Assembly: GCA_030167865.1 (NCBI GenBank)
Contig: JALAGF010004837.1
Coordinates: 248,001-312,000, forward strand
Origin: Craspedostauros australis
Lineage: Eukaryota
Direction: 5' to 3'
DNA: 64,000 bases
Shown: positions 58,886 to 64,000 of the stretch, in pieces
How positions within the stretch are numbered: the stretch's first letter is position 1
Layout: every line of letters starts with the position of its first letter
The notes under the pieces: model-generated
What the model saw: the letters and a program-made list of their open reading frames with translations, nothing else
What the model was told of the DNA's origin: nothing
The model's database searches: none
Position numbers and translations under genes: made by a program

Positions 58886-60407
58886 ATGAGCAGGGCAAGG
58901 TGCGTCTCTCTATGTTGCTTCGTATTATGCTGAAGCTTCCTCTGGGCTCAGTCGATTGTTCACTGCAGCAGAGCTTGTGACAGCCCCTTTGCTTCACACT
59001 TCGTGCAGCTCATTCGTTTGCAAGTTCACACTGAGGACCGTCTGCGTTGTCGTTCTACATTCCATTCATCCCATCTCACGCAACATCCTTCCACCCAACC
59101 ACCCCGCTCATTCAATTCCATTCCATTTTTGTTCACGACACTCACAACAACAAGCAGAGTTTACGCGGACGTCAACGTCCACCGACCCAGAGACTACTGG
59201 GATTACGAGGCCCTGACGGTCAACTGGGGAGACCAGGAGGAATACGAAGTCATTCGCAAGATCGGAAGAGGAAAATACAGTGAGGTACGCGCATCAAATG
59301 CATCAGCCAATCGAACATGGCATGTACGAAGGAATTGATGAGTCGACAAGACAAGGCATGAATGGGCGTCACTATTGATCTCCGTTGGATGGACAGTATC
59401 CTCGGAACCGCGTCCATTCTACGAGTACAACCTTGTCATACCAATCGACTCTCTGCAACCATCGCTCACCTATCCCACTGCCTTGCCACCTTCGCTTTAC
59501 GCAACAATGACAACAACAACAACTACAACAGGTCTTCGAGGGCATCAATGTCGTCAACAACACAAAGTGTGTCATCAAAATACTCAAGCCTGTCAAGAAG
59601 AAGAAGATCAAGAGAGAAATCAAAATATTACAGAACATGTGCGGCGGCACCAATATCATTCAGCTCCTCGATGTCGTCCGTGATACGCAGTCGAAGACGC
59701 CGTCCCTCATCTTCGAACATGTCAACAACACAGACTTCAAAATCCTCTACCCCACCCTCTCCGACTACGACATCAGATACTACATCTTCGAACTCCTCAA
59801 GGCGCTCGATTATTGCCATTCGAACGGTGTCATGCACAGAGACGTCAAGCCGCACAACGTCATGATTGACCACGAGAAGCGTCAGCTGCGGTTGATCGAC
59901 TGGGGACTTGCCGAATTCTACCACCCAGGACGCGAGTACAACGTGCGCGTCGCCTCCCGCTACTTCAAGGGACCGGAACTCCTTGTCGATCTGCAGGAGT
60001 ACGACTACTCCCTCGACATGTGGAGTCTCGGATGCATGTTCGCAGGAATGATCTTCCGAAAGGAACCCTTCTTCCACGGCCATGACAACTACGATCAGCT
60101 CGTCAAGATCGCAAAGGTCTTGGGCACGGAGGAACTCTTCCACTACCTCGACACCTACGACTTGGAACTCGATCCTCACTTCGATGGCATCCTCGGCCGC
60201 CACTCCAAGAAGTCCTGGCAGAAATTCATCACGCCGGAGAACCAGCATTTGGTGTCGGACGAGGCCATCGACTTTGTATCCAAGCTGCTCAGATACGACC
60301 ATCAGGAAAGACTGTCTGCCAAGGAGGCCATGGCGCATGCCTACTTCGCTCCGGTCCGTGAAGCAGCAGCCAGAAATCAAGCGCAGGGAGCCAGCTTCAA
60401 TGCCTAA
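58886..60407 (+). CDS. CKA1: Casein kinase II alpha subunit; exons 58886-58899, 59158-59284, 59532-60407
   Basis: [76 protein letters not shown]. Confidence 0.97.
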
Positions 60408-60778
60408 GTCGCAAGTCCGTCACTATCTGGGTCAGCGTCACCAGGCGAATCGATGTGCCCACCTACCCTCATTCCTTTGCTTTTTACTCCAACGAAGCCA
60501 TGCCCGTGCGTATCTACATCAGCACTTGTCCGCACACGAATGCCATCGCCAACAATCGGAGTGTAAACATATAACACCGCACCATGCTCTTCAACCAGTA
60601 CTGCGCTCCCGCTCTCAGCCAGATCTTTTCGGTTTAGGGCAACACACAAGTAATCTTGCTACGGCGAGTCGTCTATCGAAGTGTGCTTCTGCAACGCAAC
60701 TTGTTCTGTTCAGCTATTCCATGCCATCTGACACCAAAGTGTCGCTGCATCTATCGCGTCGAGAGAATACACACTCCA

Positions 60779-63048
60779 TTACAGTTCATCCTTGCCATCG
60801 GGACTCGTACCTTCGACTGCTAGCTTCTTCATCACAAAGAGATGTCCGCGAACTTCAATGCCCTTCTCAAAGCGGAAGCCATCCATCGGTTCATAGTGCA
60901 CGATGTCGAAGCCGTGCGCCGTTCCTGCATCCTTGACGTACTCTGCTCGATGGGCAAACCGTCCTGATGCTGTCAATTGCCATCTCCAATCAGGTTTCGA
61001 TTCGGCCAATCTGTTTGCGTGGGTTGGTTGGTTGAGGGAGAGAGGGAGGAAGAGAAAGACAGAAATACGCATGAGAAGCAGTGGATGATCAGTTCAATGC
61101 AACGCAACGCGATGCAATTCGGTCGTTGGCCTTCGGCTCGATGTGAACGATAGCACAATTCAACACAGCAATGTCCAGGCATTTCCAACGAGAAACTCAC
61201 GCTTGTTCGACCTCGATGCCAACGTTCTCCAACGTAAATGCGCTGTATCCACCAATCTCGAGGCTCTGCGACATGGCGTCGAACAGCGGTGTGAGATCAC
61301 CAAAGTAGATGTAGGAATCGGCCGCCACAATGAGGGAGATGGGCTTCTTGGCCTCGAAGGCTTCGATCACATCCCCTGCGATGGTTTCATCGTAAAGACC
61401 GGGCCTCGCGGTCTCTGCCTCCTGCAAGATGACTGCACTCAAGTCGACGCCGATCAGAGTGTCGCTGATATTTCGAAACTGGTGGAGGTAGAGTCAATGG
61501 AGTGAAAGCGCATGGGCGAGTGAGTGAGTGAGTAAATACATGCATGTGAGGTGGCAATGCCACAAATCACATTCAAAATCCATGAATGCAATGGACAAGG
61601 ATTGATCACCCACAGGAGGTTATGATTTGCGCTATTGACATTCACACCATATAGTATGGTGACAATAGGATGCATCAAACGTACCTGTTCACCAACCAGA
61701 CCTGTACCACATCCTGCGTCGACGACGAGACGATATTTCTGTTCATCAGCACCCGTAGACTTTAAGGCTCTGTCGAAGCCTCTTCGGAGCCGTTCGTATC
61801 CGCTGTATCCCAGCTCATCCACCAGTGAATGTTCGAAGCTGACATATGGTAGTAGTAGTAGTAGTAGGAATTGTTGCGAGTGGTGGTGGTATTTGTTGGC
61901 GTATGTGAGTGCGTGCGTGTATCATATGCGCATGTGTAAGGAAGAGGCAAGGGTTAGAAAAACAATATCTTGTGCTTGATGTCTTGGCTTTGCACTTGAC
62001 ATGAAACACAACATCGCATCTTCCAAATGCACACACATATAGTACTCGTGTACATACTTGTGCAAGCACATCCTATCAATGAAGCCCGTCAATATATGTA
62101 TATTCCTCAATGACAAACACTCGACGCCCAAATCTCAACTCCATTCCGACTCTGCAGCGTATGGCATTGTACTCACTTCGATGCGTACTCGTCGAACAGA
62201 CTCTTGATGTAAGAATTGGAGGCACGCTCCACAGTTGCATCCGCCGTGACGGATGCCAGCATGTGCTTCGCGGCCTCGTTGTTTTCGTCGTACTGCAGTG
62301 CCAACGAAAAGGCATGCGCCGCCATCTGCTGACAGTCGATTTCCTGATCCGGCGCATCCTCCATGGCGCATTTGCGTTCATCATCGGCCGTGAGACAGAG
62401 ACCGATACGATACTGGATTTGCGACAGGATGGGCTCCGGATGTGCTGGTCGCTCAATGTCATCGTTGTCCATGTCCGTGAGCAAGGCATAGACCTGGTTG
62501 TATGCCCACAGTGCGTCCTCTGGCAACTTGAGCTGATCGAACAGCACGGAGGCCATGTTCGCAAAGGCCGACCAGTGGTTTGGGTTGAGATCGATGGCGA
62601 ACTTGTACCCCTGGATGGCGAGCTGCGGTTGCTGGGAGTCCTGGTACACCATGCCCAAATAGAAGGCCGACTGCGAGGCTATGTCCTTTGCCGACGAGAG
62701 CATGTCGTTATCTACGATGTCCTCGATTTGTGCGAGATAGGTCGTGATGGCCTTCTTGTAGTGCACGGACGCGTCCTTGTTCATGCCCTGGGAGGAGAGT
62801 GCCGTGCCCAGATTGCTGTGCAATGACATGATGGTGATCAAGGACTCGTCGTCCTCCACCAACGCGGAGATGCCGCTCTGATACAGCTTGACTGCATTAT
62901 CCACCTGGTCGCTGACCAAGGCCTCGTCAGCCTCAGAAAGGTGCCTCTCTGCATCTGAGAATGCTTGGCACATGCCGCAATGTGATATCAATAGCATCGT
63001 TAGCAGAAGCAAACGGCGCACGCTGGTTGTCCAGGTGAATGCCGCCAT
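60779..63048 (-). CDS. TPR + SAM-dependent methyltransferase with signal peptide and KDEL; exons 63048-62177, 61838-61685, 61478-61201, 61010-60779
   Basis: Signal peptide, TPRs, YIKSLFDEYAS|NFEHSLVDELGY, VDAGCGTGLVG, GVDLS, AADSYIYFGDL, SGRFAH, C-terminal GKDEL*. Confidence 0.85.
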
Positions 63049-64000
63049 TGTGCGTTGGTACTTGGTGCTGTGTCGGTGCTACTCCTCTGCAGAACTTGAG
63101 TATCCGTCGAATGAAGGCCGACAGTGATGTCCGTGAATGATGAATGATGAGTGATGAGTGATGTCCGTGAATAGATAAGGATGAATGATGAATGATGGTG
63201 ATGTGATGTGAATTCTCGTCGTGACTGTGGTACGTGCGTTGGTGTGGGTGAACAGAGCGCGATGTGATGGTGATTGATGTGTTCCAAGACATTCCACGTG
63301 GAAGGTATCCATCAAGAATTTGCGGATGATCGGAGAAGCCCAGCGGCAAAGGATCGTCGCGCTCCTCCGCTGTCACACCAGCAGTGCTTACTCACCACAC
63401 ATTCACCAATTCCATTCTATTCGCCGCTCCATTCTGCTCTACTCTGCTCTACTCTCCTCTCCTCGACGCGAGTCTCCATCCAGAAGCGCCAGCAGAGGCT
63501 GCAACTATCATTAGTTGAAGGAATACTAGTGCCATAACCAGGGAGGCAGCGCAGCGACTGCAAAGCACAAAGCACAAAGCAGATCGCCAATGATGCGCCG
63601 TCCATTCCGATCGCAATCTTTCGTTCGCATCGGACGAAGACTGCGTTCACCTCTGCCGCCGTCGTTTCTCACCATCGGAGGCAATGGCGGTATTGGCCGA
63701 TACGCAGCTCGGGCGCACGCTTCAAGCATCACGCTGCAACGAGCACCCCGGTTCTCTTCCTCAACATGCTCATCGTTCTTCTTTGACAACCACAGCGAGC
63801 GTCATCGCCGTTGCCAGCAGCGGCAGCAGCTGTTTCTGCAACCACGTCGGGATCTCTTCTCTGTTTCACATCCTGGTGGCAACAGTATACCAGTATCAGT
63901 ATCTGCAAGATCACAGACGCAATCGCGGCAACTTTCAACAACGCCAAAGGTTCCCAAGTACTTCAATCACGACCACCTATCATCCACCAAGATACTCTAC

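Noticed and set aside
63526-63947. Possible membrane-protein gene at the window end
   Set aside because: Two short ORFs in different frames with no domain; cannot be supported.

Overview
Gene-dense eukaryotic nuclear DNA, almost certainly from a diatom (inference). The evidence is GT-AG introns, two fucoxanthin-chlorophyll protein genes, bipartite signal + ASAFAP-type plastid presequences, and a diatom-type HSF. About 24 genes can be built by hand, most of them housekeeping: HSF, Nudix, plastid Ski2-like helicase, COX10, LOG, AATF, FabI, UBLCP1, TAP42, TRM82, PPIL1, chorismate synthase and CK2alpha. Highlights: (1) a 1.2 kb element at 2678-3900 with 33-bp terminal inverted repeats and a CAG target duplication. 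It carries two co-oriented arrays of strict 20-bp period (constant GTTGAAACTA + 10 variable nt) that bracket a small ORF. (2) Two tandem genes fusing a RelA/SpoT-like (alarmone-synthetase-type) nucleotidyltransferase domain to long TPR arrays, a candidate uncharacterised sensor/nucleotide-messenger system. (3) A PDI-like selenoprotein with an in-frame TGA (W-U-G-H-C) that the ORF track misses, plus a candidate SECIS. (4) An IMPase/BPNT-EcKinase phosphatase-kinase fusion. (5) A signal-peptide/KDEL TPR-methyltransferase. (6) Two Lhcf15-like antenna paralogues. All family calls come from motif recognition by eye; no searches were run.
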